IMG/VR virus record: IMGVR_UViG_3300024298_000005
Source of the DNA: a virus
Lineage: Duplodnaviria > Heunggongvirae > Uroviricota > Caudoviricetes
Direction: 5' to 3' (one strand)
DNA: 64,000 nt
Each line of letters begins with the position of its first letter. The first letter of the stretch is position 1. Under the pieces are notes generated by a model. It did no database searches. It worked only from the letters and a program-made list of their open reading frames with translations, and was not told where the DNA came from. Position numbers and translations under genes: made by a program. Below, in pieces: positions 1 to 9,256 of this stretch.

Positions 1-302
1 TCGTCTTGCTCTAAAAGATCCCATAGTGGCTCCGTATTCATTAGTTGGATAAGATGTTCTTCATTACGTACACCTTTGTATATGTGAACATTTAAAAAAT
101 CTATCTTAAAATAACCTAAATCCTCTGCCTGATCGTAAGGAATAGAACAAAGTCCAGAAACGGCATCAACAGGAACATCGTGTAGGTATATTCCTGTATT
201 ATGTTTGACTAATTTAGTATCTTCAAGTCTACTTGCAGATGTAGTCTTAAAAAATTTAAGAGCCTCGTCTCTGTTAACAAAGTCTATATCGATATCTGGC
301 AT
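1..302 (-). CDS. dnaE: DNA polymerase III alpha (DnaE, family C) catalytic-core fragment, runs off the left edge; not in the ORF track
   Basis: Manual translation from ATG at 302: MPDIDIDFVNRDEALKFF...KHNTGIYLHDVP...AEDLGYFKIDFLNVHIY...EPLWDLLEQD. PDIDIDF, H-x-x-G and KIDFL match DnaE palm motifs. In-frame TAG at 312-314 and a TAATG overlap with the upstream gene fix the start. Confidence 0.72.
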   Translation of the reverse strand, partial: MPDIDIDFVNRDEALKFFKTTSASRLEDTKLVKHNTGIYLHDVPVDAVSGLCSIPYDQAEDLGYFKIDFLNVHIYKGVRNEEHLIQLMNTEPLWDLLEQD

Positions 303-526
303 TACTGCAACCTAGTGCTTTCAAATAATAATAAAGGTAGTGTGTCTGCTAAGAATTGTGCATATTCTTCGGCATCTTCTTCGTCGTCAAACCCGCTAAA
401 TTTAACATAAACATCGGGCGAATCAGAACCAACCACTACCTCAATATCAATGTCATCCCTTGAAATAAATTCCTCGTTTTCTTTAAGTTCTTCTTCTACT
501 ATCTCTTCTTTTTGTCGTTTTGGCAT
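302..526 (-). CDS. small acidic hypothetical protein (74 aa)
   Basis: ORF track; coupled by TAATG-type overlaps on both sides. Confidence 0.6.
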   Translation of the reverse strand: MPKRQKEEIVEEELKENEEFISRDDIDIEVVVGSDSPDVYVKFSGFDDEEDAEEYAQFLADTLPLLLFESTRLQ

Positions 527-1209
527 TATTGTATCTTCGCCTCCTTGATGACATCTTTAACTAATTCAATATCGGCGGGCAGTGATTTAAAACGTCTAAG
601 CCAGAACTGAGGATCAATAACTGGACCAACTATTTCTAACTGCTCGTCGTTCATGCGTGTAAGCATGTCTTTACCAGACTTGCTATTTAACAATATCCAT
701 GGACTAATTAATCCTTCTCGAATATCGTGAGCAGCTCTATTTAAATTAACAAATGCAAAATAATGTTCCCACGGAGCATTGTTTTTTTCACCCCAATCCA
801 TCATAGTTGATATAGTTCTTTGAATTGCTCCGTCTGCAGGTTCTTTCTTAATCATCTCGGTGATATAAGTTTCGTACAATTCATCTCTACACCAGTGGTC
901 TAATTTCACCCCACTTCGTAAAACGTAGTCTATAAACATTTCCGGATAAATGGGGGCGGTGTTAACTAAAAAACTTCCAAATTTTACAAATGCTGTGTAA
1001 TAAGGACTTGATGCAAATTCGTCAAAGGTTTTTTGAACTTTTCCTTTGCTAGACAATTCATAAAATTTCTGAAATGTTAAAAGTCCTGCCTGAACATGTT
1101 TTTCATTTTTGGCTAGGTATCGACGTTTTTGTTCACAAATATGCACGGTCAAAGTTTTTTCTTTGACAAATTCCTTACCGCAATGCTCGCATTTAAAATT
1201 TGATTGCAT
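526..1209 (-). CDS. hypothetical protein with N-terminal Zn finger (227 aa)
   Basis: CEHCGKEFVKEKTLTVHICE (C-x2-C-x12-H-x-C); start moved to MQSNFKC (1209) to shorten the overlap with the upstream gene. Confidence 0.6.
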   Translation of the reverse strand: MQSNFKCEHCGKEFVKEKTLTVHICEQKRRYLAKNEKHVQAGLLTFQKFYELSSKGKVQKTFDEFASSPYYTAFVKFGSFLVNTAPIYPEMFIDYVLRSGVKLDHWCRDELYETYITEMIKKEPADGAIQRTISTMMDWGEKNNAPWEHYFAFVNLNRAAHDIREGLISPWILLNSKSGKDMLTRMNDEQLEIVGPVIDPQFWLRRFKSLPADIELVKDVIKEAKIQ

Positions 1210-1672
1210 TGATTTCTTTTTTATCCCAACCAAGTGACGCACAATATTCCTTAATTTCTTTATCGGTAGATATCATGGCAAGAGTCTCGACATCCGACCA
1301 TTTCATGTTTGGAAATAAATTTGCTAAAAACTCTTCTTTTTTGTTTTTCTCACGTTTTAAAGGAAGCCATTCGTGAAAATATGTTTTCTTAGTTTCGTGA
1401 GAGCATAAACACAAAGACTGCCATAAAAGTTTAGGATGTTTTTGTATTCCTGCCCAATTCTTGTTATAAAATTCATTTACGGTTAATACAAAATGTTCTT
1501 GTAATTCTCGATTACTCGATTTTACATTACTAATATAACGTGTAAGATTCCACAAGTCGCCTTTGATTTCTTTACGACCATCTTCTGTAGCAGCATCCCA
1601 AAGTTCTTTTAATCCCATGTCCACTGCTGGGATCATATCTTTAAAAAGGTCTACGTGTTTATTCTTGCCCAT
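1193..1672 (-). CDS. hypothetical protein, possibly a clamp-loader small subunit (gp62-like)
   Basis: ORF track; size, KHPKLLW...FHEW segment and replication-gene context. The functional call is weak. Confidence 0.45.
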   Translation of the reverse strand: MGKNKHVDLFKDMIPAVDMGLKELWDAATEDGRKEIKGDLWNLTRYISNVKSSNRELQEHFVLTVNEFYNKNWAGIQKHPKLLWQSLCLCSHETKKTYFHEWLPLKREKNKKEEFLANLFPNMKWSDVETLAMISTDKEIKEYCASLGWDKKEINAIKF

Positions 1673-1943
1673 TATTTTTACTCAGGTAATACAACATTTT
1701 AACACGATTAAGCGCCTCGTGTAAAGCAGGATTAGTCTTCGCGGCCTGCCGAATATTGTACCAAAGTTGATTTTCTAAAATGCTTTCTCTTGAAGCACCG
1801 CGAACTCTTGACGGATTATCTTCGGGTATCCAGTCCCACCCTATTGGCATTCTTTCTTCAACCGGTGCACCTTTTTCTCGAGCATATACAACACCTTCTT
1901 GGCGTTCATAGATATACTCGGCACCTGGTTTAAGACTGCCCAT
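1659..1943 (-). CDS. hypothetical protein (94 aa)
   Basis: Start moved to MGSLKPG (1943) to shorten the overlap with the cupin gene. Confidence 0.55.
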   Translation of the reverse strand: MGSLKPGAEYIYERQEGVVYAREKGAPVEERMPIGWDWIPEDNPSRVRGASRESILENQLWYNIRQAAKTNPALHEALNRVKMLYYLSKNNGQE

Positions 1944-2286
1944 GATTATATCCCACCGTTTCTCTTTCAATGTCGTCATGATCAAATTCTGCCCAATACA
2001 ATTCAAATGCTACCGTATCTTCAAGGGCTTCAAATTGATGATATTCGCCAGGCATCACTTTAGTAAAATCGCCTGCTTCTAAGATAGTCTCATCGACAAG
2101 ATCGTAGTTGTTTTTCCAAACACGAATAATAAGTTTACCTGATTCAACAAAAAATCCATTCCACTTATATTTGTGTTTATGCTTTGAACAGACGCCGCCT
2201 TTCCGGGCTTCAATACGGTGAAACTCTAATACACCATTGGCTTCAAGGAGTTCTGTTTGACCCCACACTTTACCTGCTTTCATCAT
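1930..2286 (-). CDS. cupin-domain protein (mannose-6-phosphate isomerase-like)
   Basis: KVWG start, SKHKHKYKWNGFFVESG and PGEYHQF cupin motifs; AAGGA RBS. Confidence 0.7.
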   Translation of the reverse strand: MMKAGKVWGQTELLEANGVLEFHRIEARKGGVCSKHKHKYKWNGFFVESGKLIIRVWKNNYDLVDETILEAGDFTKVMPGEYHQFEALEDTVAFELYWAEFDHDDIERETVGYNHGQS

Positions 2287-2293
2287 AATCCTT

Positions 2294-2800
2294 TTAAATG
2301 ACCTTATCGAGTTGAAGTATCTCGCATTGTCTACTTACTTCTTTAACAAAAAATGCACACGGAGGATTATCTCCGTCGTGCAATGGAACCGTGAGCATAT
2401 GTCCGTTTTTCATTTTAGGAAAATACCAACGAACATCTTGATAGATATTAATAATTTCAATAGGAAAATATTCTGCCTTAAATCCTTTAATAGGATTAAA
2501 AATAAGAGCATCAAATCCCCGTTCATTGATGCTAGTTAACGGCAATACTTCTGGATCTAATCCGCAGTCTTTATCCCCTACTACCATACACCAATCCAAA
2601 GGCATTTGTACTTCATACCCGCCAATGTTTAATAAAATGGCTGGGCTATTAAATGACTCTAAAAATATTAGAGGCATAAAATAAAAATCTGGTTCGCTAG
2701 GGTTAGAATTATCTAATACACTAAATCTCGTATCTTCATCTACCTCTTCTGGTAAATCATTTAAATCAAATGATTTATTGTTTAATGTTAAAATTCTCAT
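2294..2800 (-). CDS. conserved-looking hypothetical beta-rich protein (168 aa)
   Basis: ORF track; ATGA coupling to uvsW. Confidence 0.6.
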   Translation of the reverse strand: MRILTLNNKSFDLNDLPEEVDEDTRFSVLDNSNPSEPDFYFMPLIFLESFNSPAILLNIGGYEVQMPLDWCMVVGDKDCGLDPEVLPLTSINERGFDALIFNPIKGFKAEYFPIEIINIYQDVRWYFPKMKNGHMLTVPLHDGDNPPCAFFVKEVSRQCEILQLDKVI

Positions 2801-4251
2801 GTTGTTACCTTTGTAATTGTGAAAGGATATTTTGCTTCTTTATAATATTTTTTCCTTTCAGTTAAATGCCGTTTGGCATATTTGCATGTAGAGGTAATAT
2901 CCCAAATCTCTACATGGTCTTTGTCTTCTGCTTTTCTAATGCCTCGTCCAATAGATTGGATAACGCGGACAAAGCTCTTTCCGGGCTCAATAAGAACCAG
3001 ATTAAAAATCCTTGGAATATTAATACCCACAGCGGCCACACCGTAAGTCGCCACAATAATCTTGTCATCACTTGTTTTAACATCATCGTATTCTTCTTTC
3101 CTGTCATCTAATTTAACAGAGCCGTTGATAAAGACCGCACCGGGTAGTAGGTTAATTAACTTGTCTCCTGTGTCAATCCTGTTGACTAAGACAAGTGTAT
3201 TTCCTGAAGTGGAAATATCTTTAACCTTATTTGCAATCCAACTAATTCTAGTAGGATCGGTAACTAACCATGAATATTCTTCGGCGTAACTTCTGAATAC
3301 TTCTATGTTGTTAGTTTGTAAAATATTAATATTGAGTTGAGCAAGAACATCTTTTTGTTGTAAATCATAAGCAGATACACGATTAATAACTGGACCTATA
3401 CTTGCAAGTATGCCTTGAAACTCCCAAGCTTCTTTAGGTATGGTGCCTGTTAATCCCCAACGTATAGCGCAGTTTTTAAAATTTTGAGTCAATAATTTTG
3501 TTAAAACATCTGCTTTGGCCTGATGAACTTCGTCAACAATAATAGCCACAACCCCTTCGCAAAATTCTGCAAGGCTAAGACTTTCTTCATCATAGCTTTT
3601 TTTGTCTAATACATTAAGACTTTGCCATGTACAGATAGTGTGTGTTCGATTTAATTCTTTTCGATCACCGAAATACACACCAACATCTAAACCTAGGTTT
3701 TTGTAGTCTTCTTCAGTCTGGACAACAAGCGATTTGTTCGGAACAATAACCATCGTACGACCATACGGTTCACAAAGATGCGACAACGTCGCTGTAGTAA
3801 TCGTTTTACCTGCACCTGTTGCTACCTCCTGTAAGGCTTGTTGATTTTCTAAAAATTTATTAACAACATCGTATTGATAATCTCTCAATATGATAGGTTT
3901 ACCTGCTTCTGGATGACCTTTTGGCCATGTCTTGCCTTTGTCAGCCCAATAGTTTTCATTTATTTGCTTAAAGTCAAACGCATGAGGTTGTCTTAGATCC
4001 TCTACATCAATATCAAATCCTGATTCTTCAATAATAGGTAATATAACATCTAAGTGTGCTAGATATCCATTGCCGCCAATACCAAAATATGTTTTAGTAC
4101 CGTCCCATCTACCTAGTTTGTAAGCGGGCATATGACGTGCATAGGGAAGGTCATACTTGAGTTTGTTTGCTAGCTTTCTTCGAACTTCAACAGGCAAACC
4201 GTCAAGTTTAATATTAACCTCATCCTTAATTATTAATTTACAAGTCGACAA
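2797..4251 (-). CDS. uvsW: UvsW-like superfamily 2 DNA helicase
   Basis: LRDYQ Q-motif, ATGAGKT Walker A, VDEVH, GLTGT, QSIGRGIR; WDG-type N-terminal arm. Confidence 0.9.
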   Translation of the reverse strand: MSTCKLIIKDEVNIKLDGLPVEVRRKLANKLKYDLPYARHMPAYKLGRWDGTKTYFGIGGNGYLAHLDVILPIIEESGFDIDVEDLRQPHAFDFKQINENYWADKGKTWPKGHPEAGKPIILRDYQYDVVNKFLENQQALQEVATGAGKTITTATLSHLCEPYGRTMVIVPNKSLVVQTEEDYKNLGLDVGVYFGDRKELNRTHTICTWQSLNVLDKKSYDEESLSLAEFCEGVVAIIVDEVHQAKADVLTKLLTQNFKNCAIRWGLTGTIPKEAWEFQGILASIGPVINRVSAYDLQQKDVLAQLNINILQTNNIEVFRSYAEEYSWLVTDPTRISWIANKVKDISTSGNTLVLVNRIDTGDKLINLLPGAVFINGSVKLDDRKEEYDDVKTSDDKIIVATYGVAAVGINIPRIFNLVLIEPGKSFVRVIQSIGRGIRKAEDKDHVEIWDITSTCKYAKRHLTERKKYYKEAKYPFTITKVTT

Positions 4252-5419
4252 TATTCCTATCCTTTTGAACAGCTGGTTTTACATCGCTTAGATATAAAAC
4301 ACAATAGTGGTTATCAATCCACGTTTGAGACATATTGCTCATAGGAGGAAAAGATTTGTTCACTACTATAATACTAACATCGTCTTCTTCTTTAATCAAC
4401 CACTTTGCAGGCTTTTTAAAGATTAGTAATCTACCTTCAGACAAATCTCCACCGAGACCCGAAGCTCTAACCCATTCGTTGAACTTTGGATCTTCGTCGT
4501 TCCTACTTCGAAAACAAATTTTTATTTCCTCTTTGCTAACTCCATTGTTAATGGCGGAGATAACAAACGACTCTAACCAACTTTTTAAATGATTATCTTC
4601 ACTGACTATTAAAATAACTTTTTTCTTTACGGTTTTATACAAATTAAAAAATTTACTAAAATCGTCGGTCCAAAAATAATTTGTATTATATGAGGCTACT
4701 CTATGAATAAGATTTTTTGATGTAGACCCGTACAATACATAACCCATACGCTTTGCCAGCATTAGGTCGTGATCTAATTCTTTTAATTTTCTAGAATCAA
4801 AATACTCTTGTGCAGACGAAGTTGCGTTTTGTAATACTACTTCATCGTTTACAATTTTGCAGGCTGGAGCATAATACTCTGCGTCGTTCCAAATCTGTTC
4901 AACATCTGCTAGTGCATGATTAAATGATTCGTCAATATTAAATCCGTGTCTAATTGCAAATTCATTTACTAAAATTAAATTTAAATCGTAGATGTTATAT
5001 TTTCTAACTTTATCGTCTGGATTCCAAAGAGATCGATCTTCTCTGTTATTTTTAAGAACTTCTTTTTCAAAAACTTCTTTAAGAGAATAAGGATGTTTTA
5101 AGCATAACCAAAGTTTATCATTTTTGTCTTTTTCAACAAAAATGCTTTTAGTCATATCTAAATTTCTAAAAGGATTTTTCCATGTTGCGTTTTGTAATCT
5201 AAAATTTAAATTTAATTGTCGTGTACTAAAATGATTTTTATATTTTTCCATTAACTTGATAACATAGTTTGCCTGCGCTTGGGTAAGATTTTTGTTATCT
5301 GCAATTAAATTGAAAAAATTTGTCAATACGACAATGTCCTGATTATTCAAGAAATTTGTAGATATAACCGAAGTATAAAATTCGGTAAAGATGTCTTCGA
5401 AATATTCATTCGCCGCCAT
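4238..5419 (-). CDS. hypothetical protein (393 aa), first gene of the uvsW operon
   Basis: ORF track; overlaps the uvsW start. Confidence 0.6.
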   Translation of the reverse strand: MAANEYFEDIFTEFYTSVISTNFLNNQDIVVLTNFFNLIADNKNLTQAQANYVIKLMEKYKNHFSTRQLNLNFRLQNATWKNPFRNLDMTKSIFVEKDKNDKLWLCLKHPYSLKEVFEKEVLKNNREDRSLWNPDDKVRKYNIYDLNLILVNEFAIRHGFNIDESFNHALADVEQIWNDAEYYAPACKIVNDEVVLQNATSSAQEYFDSRKLKELDHDLMLAKRMGYVLYGSTSKNLIHRVASYNTNYFWTDDFSKFFNLYKTVKKKVILIVSEDNHLKSWLESFVISAINNGVSKEEIKICFRSRNDEDPKFNEWVRASGLGGDLSEGRLLIFKKPAKWLIKEEDDVSIIVVNKSFPPMSNMSQTWIDNHYCVLYLSDVKPAVQKDRNIVDL

Positions 5420-5425
5420 AATAAT

Positions 5426-5453
5426 ATTATAGCAGAAATAATTTAAAAATCAA
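5426..5453 (-). promoter_or_regulatory. sigma70-type promoter (TTGATT-N16-extended -10 TGC-TATAAT), 6 nt upstream of ATG 5419
   Basis: Minus strand reads TTGATT tttaaattatttc tgc TATAAT attatt ATG; no SD before the ATG. Confidence 0.6.
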
Positions 5454-6289
5454 GACTTTTGTAAAATATTTACTAACCTTTTTTGAGGAATTCCGTCAAC
5501 CATTTCTGATAATAACCACTCGGTATGACAAAGTTTTTTGAACCAGTCGCTCCGTTCAGGAATAATTGGGTTTTCTATATTTTCAAAGTTATTAGAAAGT
5601 TCGCCTGCAAGACTTGTTTGATCGCAAATTACAGGTACACCGTTAATTGATGCTTTAACTGCTGGACCACTATTAAAATTTACTACACAATGATAATTAT
5701 AATCTATATCAAAATCATCGTAGGTATTTGCCACTAATCTTGGATATTGTACCAACACATTTGGAGAATTTACAACTACAGGCGACCGTGGATGTGGCCT
5801 TACAACAATTAACCTATCAGTATATTTTCTTATTTCTGCTACGGTATTTTTTACCCAAACAGACATAGACGGTTGACCAACCCACTGGAGGCTTTTTTCA
5901 TGCTGACTAGCAATTAGTATTTCTTTTCGTCGTAGTGTATTTTCTGGTTTTAATTGAATATTTAATTTTTGTGGTCGTGCTTCGTCAATCTCATCTTGAT
6001 TTCCAAATTCACCTAGGCCGTTAATATTATTTAAACTAACCCTCCACGTTAATCCTCTAACCAAATTTCCAACTTCAATAATCATCACAGGAATATTAGC
6101 TGCTTGGCATTGTTCGTAAACAGATTTATTACTAAACATTCTTCCATGCCAAAGTACGCTCCAGATAACAGCTACATCTTCTTCCTTATCGACAATAGTA
6201 TGTCCTAATTTTTTTAGTCCAAGTTCAAAGGCATCAAATACAGGCCCACTATTCATGGCTCCATACTTTCTATACAATTTAAATTTCAT
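5450..6289 (-). CDS. KpsS/KpsC (capsule-synthesis, GT-B)-like protein, paralog 1
   Basis: VVRPHP, VVNFNSGPAVKASINGVPV, IENP..PER..W..KL...EW motifs shared with 9253..10191 and 11605..12420. Confidence 0.55.
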   Translation of the reverse strand: MKFKLYRKYGAMNSGPVFDAFELGLKKLGHTIVDKEEDVAVIWSVLWHGRMFSNKSVYEQCQAANIPVMIIEVGNLVRGLTWRVSLNNINGLGEFGNQDEIDEARPQKLNIQLKPENTLRRKEILIASQHEKSLQWVGQPSMSVWVKNTVAEIRKYTDRLIVVRPHPRSPVVVNSPNVLVQYPRLVANTYDDFDIDYNYHCVVNFNSGPAVKASINGVPVICDQTSLAGELSNNFENIENPIIPERSDWFKKLCHTEWLLSEMVDGIPQKRLVNILQKS

Positions 6290-6301
6290 AGTTTTTTGAA
6301 T

Positions 6302-6321
6302 TATAAATAACAGAGTATTTA
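6302..6321. promoter_or_regulatory. face-to-face late promoter pair: TATAAATA (+, 6302-6309) and TAAATA (-, 6316-6321)
   Basis: Both boxes lie in the 43-nt gap between divergent genes; the + box equals the T4 late consensus. Confidence 0.6.
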
Positions 6322-6332
6322 ATTCTAATTCA

Positions 6333-6749
6333 ATGAGTAAATTTGAAAAAACGTTAAGAAAGAAAGTAGGAAAGCCCCAAAATACTATTCTATTGGGATT
6401 AGGGCCTAGCGAGATTGAAACAGCATCAAACGTTTTTCAATCTGTATTTGTATTTTCTTCTATAGATCAGTCGTTTAAAAATAGAAACGTAATCTATTTT
6501 GAAAACTTTAACGATATGGCCAAATTACCGGAAGTAAATTTTATACTTATTAATCCTGAAAATATTAAAGAAATGCCAAATATTACACCAATATTAAAAA
6601 ATTCAAAACCGCTGGTTATGATACTTTCAGGGGAATATATACATAAACGTTTTTCAAAGTGGCTAATTGAAGAAATGCATTATGAACTAGTTGAACTCGA
6701 CACTCATCGTCAACTATGGAAAAAGAAACGATTATTAGGACAATTATGA
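6333..6749 (+). CDS. hypothetical protein, possibly a degenerate Rossmann/methyltransferase-like fold
   Basis: ORF track; ILLGLG motif; ATGA overlap with gmd. Confidence 0.5.
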   Translation: MSKFEKTLRKKVGKPQNTILLGLGPSEIETASNVFQSVFVFSSIDQSFKNRNVIYFENFNDMAKLPEVNFILINPENIKEMPNITPILKNSKPLVMILSGEYIHKRFSKWLIEEMHYELVELDTHRQLWKKKRLLGQL

Positions 6750-7726
6750 AAAAGACAGCATTTGTAACAGGAATGACAGGACAAGACGGTCCATATCTTG
6801 CTAAACTTCTTCTAGAAAAAGATTATAAAGTATATGGTCTTGTAAAAAGATATTCTAATCCAAATTTAGATAATATCAAATATTTAGGTATTGAAAACGA
6901 CATTGAGTTGATCACCGGCGATATTACAGACGACGGATGTATCAACCATTTAGTTAAAAGTCTTAAACCAAATGAATTTTATAATCTTGCCGCTCAAAGT
7001 TTTGTAGGAGCAAGCTGGGACCTTAATAAATTAACCACTGAAGTTAATGCTGTTGGCCCTTTAAATAATCTTAATGCTATTAAGCAGCATAGTCCAGAAA
7101 CAAAATATTATCAAGCAAGCACTTCCGAAATGTACGGTAATAGCATTGAAATTTCCGGAGGACACCAAGACGAAACAACACCGTTCTGGCCCCGTAGTCC
7201 ATACGGAGTTGCAAAATTATATGCTTACTGGATCACCGTAAATTTTAGAGAAAGTTACGGAATTCATGCTTCAAATGGAATATTGTTTAATCACGAAAGT
7301 CCTATTCGAGGTAAAGAATTTGTTACAAGAAAAATTACAGATGGCGTAGCAAAAATTAAATGTGGCCTTGCTGACAAAATTACTTTAGGTAATTTAGATT
7401 CTAGAAGAGACTGGGGTTTTGCCGGTGATTTTGTTGAAGCTATGTGGTTAATGTTACAACAAGACGAACCGGGCGATTATGTTATTGCCACAGGAGTTCA
7501 ATACACTATTGGTGATTTATTAGAACGTGCATTTAGATATGCAGGCATCGAAGACTGGGAAAAATATATTGAATCAGATCCAAGATTTAAGAGACCGGCA
7601 GAGCTTTATAGCCTTTGTGGAAACCCCGCTAAAGCAGAAAATGTCCTTGGGTGGAAACGTAAAACTAGTTTTGACGATCTAGTTAAAATGATGGTTGAAG
7701 CAGATATCAAACGTTATACTAAATGA
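6746..7726 (+). CDS. gmd: GDP-mannose 4,6-dehydratase
   Basis: TGMTGQDG, YNLAAQSFVGASW, QASTSEMYG, PRSPYGVAKLY, LFNHESPIRG, RDWGFAGD; start set at MKKTAF via ATGA overlap. Confidence 0.95.
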   Translation: MKKTAFVTGMTGQDGPYLAKLLLEKDYKVYGLVKRYSNPNLDNIKYLGIENDIELITGDITDDGCINHLVKSLKPNEFYNLAAQSFVGASWDLNKLTTEVNAVGPLNNLNAIKQHSPETKYYQASTSEMYGNSIEISGGHQDETTPFWPRSPYGVAKLYAYWITVNFRESYGIHASNGILFNHESPIRGKEFVTRKITDGVAKIKCGLADKITLGNLDSRRDWGFAGDFVEAMWLMLQQDEPGDYVIATGVQYTIGDLLERAFRYAGIEDWEKYIESDPRFKRPAELYSLCGNPAKAENVLGWKRKTSFDDLVKMMVEADIKRYTK

Positions 7727-8547
7727 CAACAAAATTTGCAGTAGTCACTACTTTTCATCAGGCTGGGTACGAAAAATACGGTCGAAGGATGATTCAAACC
7801 TTTTTAGAATCATGGCCTAAAGATGTAACCTTATATGTGTATCCTGAGAATTGTGCAGTAATTGAAACTGCTCCAAACCTCGTTGTGAGAGATTTACACT
7901 CGTCAAGTCCCGAACTAGTTGCATTTAAAGAAAAGTGGAAAAATGACCCAAAAGCCAGAGGGGAAGTAGCCATGGGACCTCCTGGACCTAAGGGAAAGAT
8001 TCCCGGAATTGGTTTTCGTTGGGATGCTATTAGATTTAGTCATAAAATTTATTCGGTATGTCATGCGGCAGAAAATACCGATGCCGATATACTGCTTTGG
8101 ATGGATGCTGACATGGTTTGCCATACCACACTTCCGGTGCATTTTTTAGAAAAAATGGCAGGTACTCATGTGGGTTTGGGATTTTTAGGTAGAGAAAATA
8201 AATTTACCGAATGTGGATTATATTCGATGAATTTAAGAAATCCTGCTACTCAAGAATTTTTAAAAGAATTTCAAAAGGCCTACGACACTGGCAGAATTTT
8301 CACCATGAAAGAGTGGAATGATTGTTGGGTTTTTGACGTTGTTCGAGAAGAAATTAAAAAACTTCATCCTGACTGGTATTGGTACAACTGGAGTAAGGGA
8401 TTAATCAAAGGAGAAGGCCATCCGCTGGTTAATAGTCCTTGGGGTGCTTATCTCGATCACCTTAAAGGTAACCGAAAAAATACCGGAAAAAGCCTAAAAA
8501 CAGATTTTATTCGTCAGCGTACTGAAAAATATTGGATTACTCAGTAA
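7723..8547 (+). CDS. GT-A-fold glycosyltransferase / nucleotide-diphospho-sugar transferase-like
   Basis: RFSHK...WMDAD...ECG...DHLKG pattern shared with 8537..9256 and the C-half of 10188..11615. Confidence 0.6.
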   Translation: MTTKFAVVTTFHQAGYEKYGRRMIQTFLESWPKDVTLYVYPENCAVIETAPNLVVRDLHSSSPELVAFKEKWKNDPKARGEVAMGPPGPKGKIPGIGFRWDAIRFSHKIYSVCHAAENTDADILLWMDADMVCHTTLPVHFLEKMAGTHVGLGFLGRENKFTECGLYSMNLRNPATQEFLKEFQKAYDTGRIFTMKEWNDCWVFDVVREEIKKLHPDWYWYNWSKGLIKGEGHPLVNSPWGAYLDHLKGNRKNTGKSLKTDFIRQRTEKYWITQ

Positions 8548-9256
8548 TTTGATATTCGTGTTTTGAATGCTTGGCTTTGTAATGATCTAAATATTCCCCA
8601 AGCACGGTATGCTTCATTGGAGTTTTGTAAGGCTTTTTAAAATCTTTGCATAAATCATTGCCTTTTGCTCCGATTTTTTCAAAAACATAACCATATACAT
8701 CGTTATCGTAAAATCTTCTTAAATTTTTTGAATCTTGTTCAACAAAGTGTCTACGATACTCATTTCTAAAATTAAAAAAGTTTGGATGTTTTGTGTTTAC
8801 AGCAGAAAAACCAGTCTCAGGAACAAACCATCTACCAGGAGTTCCGTCTTTAGCTGACAAATATGTAACTCCCATGTGAGTGCTAAGAACATTGTCAGGT
8901 AAAACTGATTTTAACAAGTCTAAAGGAAGTTTTTTCTTTGTAATAACATCGGCGTCTAACCAAATAATTCGATCAGCATCGCTGTTAAACATTGCGTGTA
9001 TAAAACTAAAAGATTTTTTAGCAAATTTTCTTTCTTGACCGCCTATACCTTTAGTATTTTGAAAAATTTCATATGCAGGGTCTAATTCTTTAAAGTCTAT
9101 TTGTTTAATTCGGTTTATGTTTGGTAATTGAAACTCTTCGACATAGCAAGTCAGTGTTAATTCTTCTGGCCAATATGTTAACCAAGACTCTACAGAGTCT
9201 CTTCCGATGAGATTATAATAATATTCGTTGAAACTTGTTATAACTTCTATTTTCAT
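8537..9256 (-). CDS. GT-A-fold glycosyltransferase-like paralog (239 aa)
   Basis: KFAKK, WLDAD, ETGF, YDND, DHYKA; start at MKIEVITSF via ATGA overlap. Confidence 0.6.
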   Translation of the reverse strand: MKIEVITSFNEYYYNLIGRDSVESWLTYWPEELTLTCYVEEFQLPNINRIKQIDFKELDPAYEIFQNTKGIGGQERKFAKKSFSFIHAMFNSDADRIIWLDADVITKKKLPLDLLKSVLPDNVLSTHMGVTYLSAKDGTPGRWFVPETGFSAVNTKHPNFFNFRNEYRRHFVEQDSKNLRRFYDNDVYGYVFEKIGAKGNDLCKDFKKPYKTPMKHTVLGEYLDHYKAKHSKHEYQITE

